NCBI RefSeq assembly: GCF_009914755.1
Contig: NC_060933.1
Reading direction: 5' to 3' (one strand)
DNA length: 64,000 nt
Source: the human T2T-CHM13v2.0 reference genome, Homo sapiens
Positions within the stretch are counted from its first letter, which is position 1. Every line of letters begins with the position of its first letter. Under the pieces are notes generated by a model. It worked only from the letters and a program-made list of their open reading frames with translations. It ran no database searches and was not told the origin of the DNA. Position numbers and translations under genes: made by a program. This document shows, piece by piece, positions 26,641-41,900 of the stretch.

Positions 26641-29600
26641 TTCCATTCCATTCCATTCAATTCCATTCCATTACAATTCGTTCCATTCCATTCTATTCCG
26701 TACCATTCCATTCCATTCCATACCATTCCATTCCATTCCATTCCATTCCATTCCGTTCCATTCCGTTCCATTCCATTCCATTCCATTCTATTCGGATTAA
26801 TTCCATTCCATTGCATTCCATTCCATTCTATTCCATTCCATTGCAATCTATTTGAATCCATTGCATTTCATTCCATTCCATTCCATTCCATTCCATTCCA
26901 TTCCGGAAGATTCCATTCCATTGCATTCCATTCCATTCCATTCCCCTGCAGTCGCATTGATTCCATTCCATTCCATTCCATTCCATTCCGTTCCGTTCCA
27001 TTCCATTCCATTCCATTCCATTCCATTCCATTCCATTCCATTCCATTCCGTTCCATTCCATTCCATTCCATTCTATTCGGGTTAATTCCATTCCATTCCA
27101 TTCGATTGCAATCGAGTTGATTCCATTCCATTCCATTCCATTCCATTCCATTCCATTCCATTCCTTTCCATTCCATTACGGATGATTCCATTGCATTGCA
27201 TTCCATTCCATTCCATTCCCCTGTACTCGGGTTGATTCCATTCCATTCCATTCCAATCCATGCCATTCCACTCGTGTTGATTCCATTCTTTCCATTGCAT
27301 TCAAGTTGAATCCATTCCATTGCATTCCATTCCATTCGATTCCATTCGATTGCACTCGGGTTCATTCCATTCCATTGCATTCCAATCGATTCCATTCCAT
27401 TCCATTCCATTCCATTCCATTCCGTTCCATTCCATTCCATTACATTCGGATTGATTCTATTCAATTCCCTTACACTCCATTACATTCCATTCCATTCGGG
27501 TAGTTTCCATTCCATTCCATTCCATTCCTCTCCATTCCATTGCACTCGGGTTGATTCCATTCCATTGCATTCCATTCCATTCCATTCAATTCCATTCCGT
27601 TCCATTCCATTACATTACATTCGGATTGATTCTATTCAACTCCCTTACTCTCCATTACATTCCATTCCATTCGGGTTGTTCCATTCCATTGCATTCCATT
27701 CCACTCCATTCCATTGCACTCGGGTTGATTCCATTCCATTCCATTCCATTCCATTCCGGATGATTCCATTCCATTGCGTTCCGTTCCATTACATTCCCCT
27801 GCACTCGGGTTGATTCCATTCCATTCCATTCTATTCCATTCGATTCCATTCCATTCCCCTGCACTCGCGTTGATTCCATTCCATTCCATTCCATTCCATT
27901 CCATTCCATTCCATTCCTTTCCATTCCAGTCCTTTCCATTCCATTCCACTCAGGTTGATTCCATTCTATTAGTTTCCAATCCATTCCATTCCCTTCCATT
28001 CCACTCTGGTTGATTCCATTCCTTTCCATTCCACTCGAATACATTCCTTCCTATTAGACTCGGAACGATTCCATTCCGTTCCATTCCATTCCATTCCATT
28101 CCATTCCATTTCGTTCCATTCCATTCTATTCCTTATCATTCCATTCCATTCCATTCAATTCCATTCCATTCCACTCGTGTTGATTCCATTCCTTTCCATT
28201 CCATTCGGTTTGAAGGCATTCCATTCCATTCCATTCCATTCCATTCCATTCCATTCCATTCCATTCCATTCCGTTTCATTGTACTCGGGTTGATTCCATT
28301 CCATTGCATTCCATTCCATTCCATTCCATTCCATTCCGTTGCATTCAATTCCATTTCATTCGGATTGATTCTATTCAACTCCCTTACTCTCCATTACATT
28401 CCATTCCATTCGGGTTGTTCCATTCTTTTCCATTCCATTCCATTCCACTCCATTCCATTGCACTCGGGTTGATTCCATTCCATTCCATTCCATTCCATTC
28501 CATTCCGGATGATTCCATTCCGTTGCATTCCGTTCCATTACATTCCCCTGCACTCGCGTTGATTCCATTCCATTCCATTCCATTCCAATCAATTCCATTC
28601 CATTACAATTCGTTCCATTCCATTCTATTCCGTACCATTCCATTCCATTCCATACCATTCCATTCCATTCCATACCATTCCATTCAATTCCATTCCATTC
28701 CATTCCGTTCCATTCCGTTCCATTCCATTCCATTCCATTCTATTCGGGTTAATTCCATTCCATTCCATTCCATTCCATTCCATTCCATTCTATTCCATTC
28801 CATTGCAATCGAGTTGAATCCATTGCATTTCATTCCATTCCATTCCATTCCATTCCATTCCGGAAGATTCCATTCCATTGCATTCCATTCCATTCCATTC
28901 CCCTGCACTCGCGTTTATTCCATTCCATTCCATTCCATTCCATTCCATTCCGTTCCGTTCCGTTCCATTCCATTCCATTCCGTTCCGTTCCATTCCATTC
29001 CATTCCATTCTATTCGGGTTAATTCCATTCCATTCCATTCGATTGCAGTCGAGTTGATTCCATTCCATTCCATTCCATTCCATTCCATTCCATTCCATTC
29101 CTTTCCATTCCATTACGGATGATTCCATTCCATTGCATTCCATTCCATTCCATTCCCCTGTACTCGGGTTGATTCCATTCCATTCCATTCCAATCCATGC
29201 CATTCCACTCGTGTTGATTCCATTCTTTCCATTCCATTCAAGTTGAATCCATTCCATTGCATTCCATTCCATTCGATTCCATTCGATTGCACTCGGGTTG
29301 ATTCCATTCCATTGCATTCCATTCCATTCCATTCCATTCCATTCCATTCCGTTCCTTTCCATTTCATTACATTCAGATTGATTCTATTCAATTCCCTTAC
29401 ACTCCATTATATTCCAATCCATTCTGGTTGTTTCCATTCCATTCCATTCCATTTCACTCCATTCCATTGCACTCGGGTTGATTCCATTCCATTCCATTCC
29501 ATTGCATTCCATTCCATTCCATTCCGGATGATTCCATTCCATTGCATTCCTTTCCATTCCATTCCCCTGCACTCGTGTTGATTCCATTCCATTCCATTCC

Positions 29601-31399
29601 ATTCCATTACATTCCGTTCCATTCCATTCCATTCCATTCGGATTGATTCTACTCAATTCCCTGACACTCCATTACATTCCATTCCATTCGGGTAGTTTCC
29701 ATTCCATTCCATTCCATTCCTCTCCATTCCATTGCTCTCGGGTTGATTCCATTCCATTCCATTCCATTCCATTCCATTCCATTCCATGCCATTCCATTCC
29801 ATTCCATTCCGTTCCATTGTACTCGGGTTGATTCCATTCCATTGCATTCCATTCCATTCCATTCCATTCCATTTCATTCCATTCCATTCCATTCCGTTCC
29901 ATTCCATTACATTCGGATTGATTCTATTCAACTCCCTAACTCTCCATTACATTCCATTCCATTCGCGTTGTTCCATTCCATTCCGTTCCATTCCACTCCA
30001 TTCCATTGCACTCGGGTTGATTCCATTCCATTCCATTCCATTCAATTCCATTCCATTCCATTCCGGATGATTCCATTCCATTGCATTCCGTTCCATTACA
30101 TTCCCCTGCACTCGGGTTGATTCCATTCCATTCCACTCCATTGCATTCGATTCCATTCCATTCCAATTCTTTCCATTCTATTCTATTCCGTAACATTCCA
30201 TTCCATTCCATACAATTCCATTCCATTCCATTCCACTCCGTTCCGTTCCGTTCCGTTCCGTTCCATTCCATTCCATTCCATTCTATTCGGTTTAATTCCA
30301 TTCCATTGCATTCCATTCCATTCTATTCCATTCCATTGCAATCGAGTTGAATCCATTGCATTCCATTCCATTCCATTCCATTCCATTCCATTCCGGAAGA
30401 TTCCATTCCATTGCATTCCATTCCATTCCATTCCATTCCATTGTACTCGGGTTGATTCCATTCCATTGCATTCCATTCCATTCCATTCCATTCCGTTCCA
30501 TTCCATTCCATTGCATTAGGATTGATTCTTTTCAACTCCCTTACTCTCCATTACATTCCATTCCATTCGGGTTGATTCCATTCCATTCCATTCCATTCCA
30601 TTCCGGATGATTCCATTCCATTGCATTCCGTTCCATTACATTCCCCTGCACTCGGGTTTATTCCATTCCATTCCATTCCATTCCATTCGATTCCATTCCA
30701 TTCTCCTGCACTCGCGTTGATTCCATTCCATTCCATTCCATTCCATTCCATTCCATTCCATTCCATTTCGTTGCATTCCATTCTATTCCGTATCATTCCA
30801 TTCCATTCCATTCCATTCCATTCCATTCCATTCCATTCCATTCCATTCCACTCGTGTTGATTCCATTCCTTTCCATTCCATTCGATTTGAAGGCATTCCA
30901 TTCTATTCCATTCCATTCCATTCCATTCCATTCCATTCCATTGTACTCGGGATGATTCCATTCCATTGCATTCCATTCCATTCCATTCCATTCCTTTCCA
31001 TTCCGTTGCATTCCATTCCATTACATTCGGATTGATTCTATTCATCTCCCTTACTCTCCATTACATTCCATTCCATTCGGGTTGTTCCATTCCATTCCAT
31101 TCCATTCCACTCCATTCCATTGCACTCGGGTTGATTCCATTCCATTCCATTCCATTCCATTCGATGTCATTCCATTCCAATTCTTTCCATTCCATTCTAT
31201 TTCGTACCATGCCATTCCATTCCATACAATTCCATTCCATTCCATTCCACTCCGTTCCGTTCCGTTCCGTTCCGTTCCATTCCATTCCATTCCATTCTAT
31301 TCGGGTTAATTCCATTCCATTCCATTCGATTGCAATCGAGTTGATTCCATTCCATTCAATTCCATTCCATTCCATTCCATTCCATTCCATTCCATTCCA

Positions 31400-34300
31400 T
31401 TCCATTCCATTCCATTGTACTCGGGTTGATTCAATTCCATTGCATTCCATTCCATTCCATTCCATTCCATTCCGTTGCATTCCATTCCATTACATTCGGA
31501 TTGATTCTATTCAACTCCCTTACTCTCCATTACATTCCATTCCATTCTGGTTGTTCCAGTCCATTCCATTCCATTCCACTCCATTCCATTGCACTCGGGT
31601 TGATTCCATTCCATTCCATTCCATTCCATTCCATTCCGGATGATTCCATTCCATTGCATTCCTTTCCATTACATTCCCCTGGACTCGCGTTGATTCCATT
31701 CCATTCCATTCCATTCCATTGCATTACAATTCGTTCCATTCCATTCTATTCCGTACCATTCCATTCCATTCCATACAATTCCATTCCATTCCATTCCATT
31801 CCATTCCGTTCCATTGCATTCCATTCCATTCTATTCGGATTAATTCCATTCCATTCCATTCCATTCCATTCTATTCCATTCCATTGCAATCGAGTTGAAT
31901 CCATTGCATTTCATTCCATTCCATTCCATTTCATTCCATTCCGGAAGATTCCATTCCATTGCATTCCATTCCATTCCATTCCCCTGCACTCGCGTTGATT
32001 CCATTCCATTCCATTCCATTCCATTCCGTTCCGTTCCATTCCATTCCATTCCATTCTATTCGGGTTAATTCCATTCCATTCCATTCGATTGCAATCGAGT
32101 TGATTCCATTCCATTCCATTCCATTCCATTCCATTCCATTCCATTCCATTCCTTTCAATTCCATTACGGTTGATTCCATTCCATTGCATTCCATTCCATT
32201 CCATTCCCCTGTACTCGGGTTGATTCCATTCCATTCCATTCCAATCCATGCCATTCCACTCCTGTTGATTCCATTCTTTCCATTCCATTCAAGTTGAATC
32301 CATTCCATTGCATTCCATTCCATTCGATTCCATTTGATTGCACTCGGGTTGATTCCATTCTATTGCATTCCATTCCATTCCATTCCGTTCCATTCCGTTC
32401 CATTCCATTCCATTACATTCGGATTGATTCTATTCAATTCCCTTACACTCCATTACATTCCATTCGGGTAGTTTCCATTGCATTCCATTCCATTCCTCTC
32501 CATTCCATTGCACTCGGGTTGATTCCATTCCATTGCATTCCATTCCATTCCATTCAATTCCATTCCGTTCCATTCCATTCCATTACATTCGAATTGATTC
32601 TATTCAACTCCCTTACTCTCCATTACATTCCATTCCAGTCGGGTTGTTCCATTCCATTCCATTCCACTCCATTCCATTGCACTCGGGTTGATTCCATTCA
32701 ATTCCATTCCATTCCATTCCATTCCATTCCATTCCATTCCATTCCATTCCGGAAGATTCCATTCCATTGCATTCCATTCCATTCCATTCCCCTGCACTCG
32801 CGTTGATTCCATTCCATTCCATTCTATTCCATTCCATTCCCTTCCTTTCCGTTCCATTCCATTCCATTCCATTCCATTCCATTCCGTTCCGTTCCATTCC
32901 ATTCCATTCCAGTCTATTCGGGTTAATTGCATTCCATTCCATTCGATTGCAATCGAGTTGATTCCATTCCATTCCATTCCATTCCATTCCTTTCCATTCC
33001 ATTACGGATGATTCCATTCCATTGCATTCCATTCCATTCCATTCCCCTGTACTCGGGTTGATTCCATTCCATTCCATTCCAATCCATGCCATTCCACTCG
33101 TGTTGATTCCATTCTTTCCATTCCATTCAAGTTGAATCCATTCCATTGCATTCCATTCCATTCGATTCCATTCGATTGCACTCGGGTTGATTCCATTCCA
33201 TTGCATTCCATTCCATTCCATTCCATTCCATTCCATTCCGTTCCATTTCATTCCAAACATTCGGATTGATTCTATTCAATTCCCTTACACTCCATTACAT
33301 TCCATTCCATTCGGGTAGTTTCCATTCCATTCCATTCCATTCCTCTCCATTCCATTGCACTCGGGTTGATTCCATTCCATTGCATTCCATTCCATTCCAT
33401 TCAATTCCATTCCGTTGCATTCCATTCCATTACATTCAGATTGATTCTATTCAACTCCCTTACTCTGCATTACATTCCATTCCATTCAAGTTGAATCCAT
33501 TCCATTGCATTCCATTCCATTCCATTCCCCTGCAGTCGGGTTGATTCAATTCCATTCCATTCCATTCCATTCCATTCCATTCCATTCCATTCCATTCCAA
33601 TCAAGTTGATTCCATTCCATTCCATTCCATTCCATTCCATTCCATTCCACTCCATTCCAGTCCTTTCCATTCCATTCCACTCGGGTTGATTCCAATGTAT
33701 TCCTTTCCATTCCATTCCATTCCATTGCAATCGAGTTGATTCCATTGCTTTGCATTCCATTCCATTCCATTCCATTCCGGATGATTCCATTCCATTGCAT
33801 TCCATTCCATTCCATTCCCCTGCACTCGGGTTGATTCCATTCCATTCCATTCCATTCCATTCCATTCCATTCCATTCCATTCCATTTCGTTCCATTCCAT
33901 TCTATTCCGTATCATTCCATTCCATTCCATTCCATTCCATTCCATTCCATTGTACTCGTGTTGATTCAATTCCATTGCATTCCATTCCATTCCATTCCAT
34001 TCCATTCCGTTGCATTCCATTCCATTACTTTCGGATTGATTCTATTCAACTCCCTTACTCTCCATTACATTCCATTCCATTCTGGTTGTTCCATTCCATT
34101 CCATTCCATTCCATTGCACTCGGGTTGATTCCATTCCATTCCATTCTATTCCAATCCATTCCGGATGATTCCATTCCATTGCATTCCTTTCCATTACATT
34201 CCCCTGCACTCGCGTTGATTCCATTCCATTCCATTCCATACCATTCCATTCAATTCCATTCCATTACAATTCGTTCCATTCCATTCTATTCCGTACCATT

Positions 34301-36060
34301 CCATTCCATTCCATACAATTCCATTCTATTCCATTCCATTCCATTCCGTTACATTCCGTTCCATTGCATTCCATTCCATTCTATTCGGATTAATTCCATT
34401 CTATTCCATTCCATTCTATTCCATTCCATTGCAATCGAGTTGAATCCATTACATTTCATTCCATTCCATTCCATTCCATTCTGGAAGATTCCATTCCATT
34501 GCATTCCATTCCATTACATTCCCCTGCACTCGCGTGGATTCCATTCCATTCCATTCCATTCCATTCCGTTCCGTTGCATTCCATTCCATTCCATTCCATT
34601 CCATTCCGTTCCGTTCCATTCCATTCCATTCCATTCTATTCGGGTTAATTCCATTCCATTCCATTCGATTGCAATCGAGTTGATTCCATTCCATTCCATT
34701 CCATTCCATTCCATTCCATTCCATTCCTTTCCATTCCATTAGGGTTTATTCCATTCCATTGCATTCCATTCCATTCCATTCCCATGTACTCGGGTTGATT
34801 CCATTCCATTCCATTCCAATCCATGCCATTCCACTCGTGTTGATTCCATTCTTTCCATTCCATTCAAGTTGAATCCATTCCATTGCATTCCATTCCATTC
34901 GATTCCATTTGATTGCACTCAGGTTGATTCCATTCCATTGCATTCCATTCCATTCCATTCCATTCCATTCCATTCCATTCCGTTCCATTCCATTCCATTA
35001 CATTCGGATTGATTCTATTCAATTCCCTTACACTCCATTACATTCCATTCGGGTAGTTTCCATTGCATTCCATTCCATTCCTCTCCATTCCATTGCACTC
35101 GGGTTGATTCCATTCCATTGCATTCCATTCCATTCCATTCAATTCCATTCCGTTCCATTCCATTCCATTACATTCGGATTGATTCTATTCAACTCCCTTA
35201 CTCTCCATTACATTCCATTCCATTCGGGTTGTTCCATTCCATTCCATTCCATTCCACTCCATTCCATTGCAATCGGGTTGATTCCATTCCATTCCATTCC
35301 ATTCCATTCCATTCCGGAAGATTCCATTCCATTGCATTCCATTCCATGCCATTCCCCTGCACTCGCGTTTATTCCATTCCATTCCATTCTATTCCATTCC
35401 ATTCCCTTCCTTTCCGTTCCTTTCCATTCCATTCCATTCCATTCCATTCCGTTCCGTTCCATTCCATTCCATTCCATTCTATTCGGGTTAATTCCATTCC
35501 ATTCCATTCGATTGCAATCGAGTTGATTCCATTCCATTCCATTCCATTCCATTCCATTCCATTCCATTCCTTTCCATTCCATTACGGATGATTCCATTCC
35601 ATTGCATTCCATTCCATTCCATTCCCCTGTACTCGGGTTGATTCCATTCCATTCCATTCCAATCCATGCCATTCCACTCGTGTTGATTCAATTCTTTCCA
35701 TTCCATTGAAGTTGAATCCATTCCATTGCATTCCATTTCATTCGATTCCATTCGATTGCACTCGGGTTGATTCCATTCCATTGCATTCCATTCCATTCCA
35801 TTCCATTCCATTCCATTCCGTTCCATTCCATTCCATTACATTCGGATTGATTCTATTCAATTCCGTTACACTCCATTACATTCCATTCCATTCGGGTAGT
35901 TTCCATTCCATTCCATTCCATTCCTCTCCATTCCAAGGAACTCGGGTTGATTCCATTCCATTGCATTCCATTCCATTCCATTCAATTCCATTCCGTTCCA
36001 TTCCATTCCATTACATTCGGATTGATTCTATTCAACTCCCTTACTCTCCATTACATTCCA
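31400..36060. repeat. ~2.55-2.58-kb-offset duplication (31400-33480 / 33950-36060)
   Basis: Shared variants are TCTGGTTGTTCC (31546 / 34081), CATTTGATTGCACTC (32331 / 34906) and CCCTTCCTTTCCGTT (~32839 / ~35404). Both copies also have the 170-bp rather than 175-bp module pair (32435 / 35020). Confidence 0.75.
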
Positions 36061-38930
36061 TTCCATTCGGGTTGTTCCATTCCATTCCATTCCATTCCAC
36101 TCCATTCCATTGCACTCGGGTTTATTCCATTCCATTCCATTCCATTCCATTCCATTCCGGAAGATTCCATTCCATTGCATTCCGTTCCATTCCATTCCCC
36201 TGCACTGGCGTTGATTCCATTCCATTCCATTCCATTCCATTCCATTCCATTCCATTCCTTTCCGTTCCATTCCATTCCATTCCGTTCCATTCCAATCCAT
36301 TCCATTCCGTTCCGTTCCGTTCCATTCCATTCCATTCCATTCTATTCGGGTTAATTCCATTCCATTCCGTTCGATTGCAATCGAGTTGATTCCATTCCAT
36401 TCCATTCCATTCCATTCCATTCCTTTCCATTCCATTACGGATGATTCCATTCCATTGCATTCCATTCCATTCCATTCCCCTGTACTCGGGTTGATTCCAT
36501 TCCATTCCATTCCAATCCATGCCATTCCACTCGTGTTGATTCCATTCTTTCCATTCCATTCAAGTTGAATCCATTCCATTGCATTCCATTCCATTCCATT
36601 CCCCTGCAGTCGGGTTGTTTCCATTCCATTCCATTCCATTCCAATCCATTCCATTCCATTCCGTTCCGTTCCATTCCATTCCATTCCATTCTATTCGGGT
36701 TAATTCCATTCCATTCCATTCCATTCCATTCCATTCCATTCCATTCCATTCCAATCGAGTTGATTCCATTCCATTCCATTCCATTCCATTCCACTCCATT
36801 TCAGTCCTTTCCATTCCATTCCACTCGGGTTGATTCCAATTTATTCCTTTCCATTCCATTCCATTCCATTGCAATCGAGTTGATTCCATTGCTTTGCATT
36901 CCATTCCATTCCATTCCATTCCGGATGATTCCATTCCATTGCATTCCATTCCATTCCATTCCCCTGCACTCGGGTTGATTCCATTCCATTCCACTCCATT
37001 CCGTTCCATTCCATTCCATTCCATTGTATTCGGGTTAATTCTATTCCATTCCATTCCATTCCATTCCATTCCATTCCATTACAATCGAGTTGATTCCATT
37101 CCATTCCATTCCATTCCAGTCCTTTCCATTCCATTCCACTCGGGTTGATTCCATTCTATTAGTTTCCATTCCATTCCATTCCCTTCCATTCCACTCTGGT
37201 TGATTCCATTCCTTTCCATTCCACTCGAATACATTCCCTCCTATTCCCCTCGGAACGATTCCATTCCATTCCATTCCATTCCATTCCATTCCATGCCATT
37301 TCGTTCCATTCCATTCCATTCCGTATCATTCCATTCCATTCCATTCCATTCCATTCCATTCCATTCCATTCCGTTCCATTCCATTCCATTACATTCGGAT
37401 TGATTCTATTCAATTCCGTTACACTCCATTACATTCCATTCCATTCGGGTAGTTTCCATTCCATTCCATTCCATTCCTCTCCATTCCAAGGAACTCGGGT
37501 TGATTCCATTCCATTGCATTCCATTCCATTCCATTCAATTCCATTCCGTTCCATTCCATTCCATTACATTCGGATTGATTCTATTCAACTCCCTTACTCT
37601 CCATTACATTCCATTCCATTCGGGTTGTTCCATTCCATTCCATTCCATTCCACTCCATTCCATTGCACTCGGTTTTATTCCATTCCATTCCATTCCATTC
37701 CATTCCATTCCGGAAGATTCCATTCCATTGCATTCCGTTCCATTCCATTCCCCTGCACTTGCGTTGATTCCATTCCATTCCATTCCATTCCATTCCATTC
37801 CATTCCATTCCTTTCCGTTCCATTCCATTCCATTCCGTTCCATTCCAATCCATTCCATTCCGTTCCGTTCCGTTCCATTCCATTCCATTCCATTCTATTC
37901 GGGTTAATTCCATTCCATTCCGTTCGATTGCAATCGAGTTGATTCCATTCCATTCCATTCCATTCCATTCCATTCCTTTCCATTCCATTACGGATGATTC
38001 CATTCCATTGCATTCCATTCCATTCCATTCCCCTGTACTCGGGTTGATTCCATTCCATTCCATTCCAATCCATGCCATTCCACTCGTGTTGATTCCATTC
38101 TTTCCATTCCATTCAAGTTGAATCCATTCCATTGCATTCCATTCCATTCCATTCCCCTGCAGTCGGGTTGTTTCCATTCCATTCCATTCCATTCCATTCC
38201 ATTCCATTCCATTCCGTTCCGTTCCATTCCATTCCATTCCATTCTATTCGGGTTAATTCCATTCCATTCCATTCCATTCCATTCCATTCCATTCCATTCC
38301 ATTGCATTCCATTCCAATCGAGTTGATTCCATTCCATTCCATTCCATTCCATTCCATTCCACTCCATTCCAGTCCTTTCCATTCCATTCCACTCGTGTTG
38401 ATTCCAATGTATTCCTTTCCATTCCATTCCATTCCATTGCAATCGAGTTGATTCCATTGCTTTGCATTCCATTCCATTCCATTCCATTCCGGATGATTCC
38501 ATTCCATTGCATTCCATTCCATTCCATTCCCCTGCACTCGGGTTGATTCCATTCCATTCCACTCCATTCCGTTCCATTCCATTCCATTCCATTGTATTCG
38601 GGTTAATTCTATTCCATTCCATTCCATTCCATTCCATTCCATTCCATTCCATTACAATCGAGTTGATTCCATTCCATTCCATTCCATTCCAGTCCTTTCC
38701 ATTCCATTCCACTCGGGTTGATTCCATTCTATTAGTTTCCATTCCATTCCATTCCCTTCCATTCCACTCTGGTTGATTCCATTCCTTTCCATTCCACTCG
38801 AGTACATTCCCTCCTATTCCCCTCGGAACGATTCCATTCCATTCCATTCCATTCCATTCCATTCCATGCCATTTCGTTCCATTCCATTCCATTCCGTATC
38901 ATTCCACTCCATTCCATTCCATTCCATTCC
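35810..38930. repeat. 1553-bp tandem duplication, two copies
   Basis: Private variants are AAGGAA (35935 / 37488), CAATTCCGTTACAC (35858 / 37411), CTATTCCCCTCGGAACG and CCATGCCATTTCG. Five ORF pairs are offset by exactly 1553, drifting to 1568-1573 distally. Confidence 0.92.
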
Positions 38931-41900
38931 ATTCCATTCCATTCCATTGTACTCCGGTTGATTCCATTCCATTGCATTCCATTTCATTCCATTCCACTCC
39001 ATTCCGTTGCATTCCATTCCATTACATTCGGATTGATTCTATTAAACTCCCTTACTCTCCATTACATTCCATTCCATTCGGGTATTTCCCATTCCATTCC
39101 ATTCCATTCCACTCCATTCCATTGCACTCGGGTTGATTCCATTCCATTCCATTCCATTCCGGATGATTCCATTCCATTGCATTCCGTTCCATTACATTCT
39201 ATTCCGTACCATTCCATTCCTTTCCATACCATTCCATTCCATTCCATTCCATTCCATTCCATTCCATTCCATTCCATTCTATTCGGATTAATTCCATTCC
39301 AGTCCATTCCATTCCATTGTATTCCATTCCATTGCAATCGAGTTGAATCCATTGCATTTCATTCCATTCCATTCCATTCCATTCCATTCCATTCCATTCC
39401 ATTCCGGAAGATTCCATTCCATTGCATTCCATTCCATTCCATTCCCCTGCACTCGAGGTGATTCCATTCCATTCCATTCCATTCCATTCCATTCCATTCC
39501 ATTCCATTCCATTCCATTCCATTCCGTTCCGTTCCCTTCCTCTCCATTCCATTCCGTTCCGTTCCATTCCATTCCATTCCATTCCATTCCATTTCGTTCC
39601 ATTCCATTCTATTCCTTATCTTTCCATTCCATTCCATGCCATTCCATTCCATTCCATTCCATTCCATTCCACTCGTGTTGATTCCATTCCTTTCCATTCC
39701 ATTCGGTTTGAAGGTATTCCAATCCATTCCATTCCATTCCATTCCATTCCATTCCATTCCATTGTACTCAGGTTGATTCCATTCCATTGCATTCAATTCC
39801 ATTCCATTCCATTCCATTCCGTTTCATTCCATTCCATTACATTCGGATTGATTCTATTCAACTCCCTTACTCTCCATTTCATTCCATTCCATTCGGGTTG
39901 TTCCATTCATTCCATTCCATTCCACTCCATTCCATTGCACTCGGGTTGATTCCACTCCATTCCATTCCATTCCATTCCATTCCGGATGATTCCATTCCAT
40001 TGCATTCCGTTCCATTACATTCCCCTGCACTCGCGTTGATTCCATTCCATTCCATTCCATTCCATTCCATTCAATTCCATTCCATTACAATTCGTTCTAT
40101 TCCATTCTATTCCGTAGCATTCCGTTTCATTCCATACCATTCCATTCCATTCCATTCCATTCCATTCCATTCCATTCCATTCCGTTCCATTCTGTTCCAT
40201 TCCATTCCATTCCATTCTATTCGGATTAATTCCACTCCATTCCATTCCATTCAATTCTATTCCATTCCATTGCAATCAAGTTGAATCCATTGCATTTCAT
40301 TCCATTCCATTCCATTCCATTCCATTCCATTCCGGAAGATTCCATTCCATTGCATTCCATTCCATTCCATTCCCCTGCACTCGCGTTGATTCCATTCCAT
40401 TCCATTCCATTCCATTCCATTCCGTTCCGTTCCATTCCATTCCATTGCATTCCATTCCATTCCATTACGTTCCGTTCCATTCCATTCCATTCCAGTCTAT
40501 TCGGGTTAATTCCATTCCATTCCATTCGATTGCAATCGTGTTGATTCCATTCCATTCCATTCCATTCCATTCCATTCCATTCCATTCCTTTCCATTCCAT
40601 TACGGATGATTCCATTCCATTGCATTCCATTCCATTCCATTCCCCTGTACTCGGGTTGATTCCATTCCATTGCATTCCAATCCATGCCCTTCCACTCGTG
40701 TTGATTCCATTCTTTCCTTTCCATTCAAATTGAATCCATTCCATTGCGTTCCATTCCATTCGATTCCATTCGATTGCACTCGGGTTGATTCCATTCCATT
40801 GCATCCCATTCCATTCCATTCAATTCCATTCCGTTCCATTCCATTCCATTACATTCGGATTGATTCTATTCAACTCCCTGTGTCTCCATTACATTCCATT
40901 CCATTCGGGTTGTTCCATTCCATTCCATTCCATTCCACTCCATTCCATTGCACTCGGGTTTATTCCATTCCATTCCATTCCATTCCATTCAATTCCATTC
41001 CATTCCGGAAGATTGCATTCCATTGCATTCCATTCCATTCCATTCCCCTGCACTCGCGTTGATTCCATTCCATTCCATTCCATTCCATTCCATTCCATTC
41101 CATTCCATTCCTTTCCGTTCCATTCCATTCCATTCCATTCCATTCCGTTGCGTTCCATTCCATTCCATTACATTCGGATTGATTCTATTCAATTCACTTA
41201 CACTCCATTACATTCCATTCCATTCGGGTAGTTTCCATTGCATTCCATTCCATTCCTCTCCATTCCATTGCACTCGGGTTGATTCCATTCCATTGCATTC
41301 CATTCCATTCCATTCCATTCAATTCCATTCCGTTCCATTCCATTCCATTGTACTCGGGTTGATTCCATTCCATTGCATTCCATTCCATTCCATTCCATTC
41401 CGTTCCGTTGCATTCCATTCCATTACATTCGGATTGATTCTATTCAACTCCCTTACTCTCCATTACATTCCATTCCATTCGGGTTGTTCCATTCCATTCC
41501 ATTCCATTCCACTCCATTCCATTGCACTCGGGTTGATTCCATTCCATTCCATTCCATTCCATTCCATTCCATTCCATTCCATTCCGGATGATTCCATTCC
41601 ATTGCATTCCGTTCCATTACATTCCCCTGCACTCGCGTTGATTCCATTCCATTCCATTCCATTCCATTCAATTCCATTCCATTACAATTCGTTCCATTCC
41701 ATTCTATTCCGTACTATTCCATTCCATTCCATACCATTCCATTCCATTCCATTCCATTCCATTCCATTCCTTTCCGTTCCATTCTGTTCCATTCCATTCC
41801 ATTCCATTCTATTCGGGTTAATTCCATTCCATTCCATTCCTTTCCATTCCATTACGGATGATTCCATTCCATTGAATTCCATTCCATTCCATTCCCCTCT

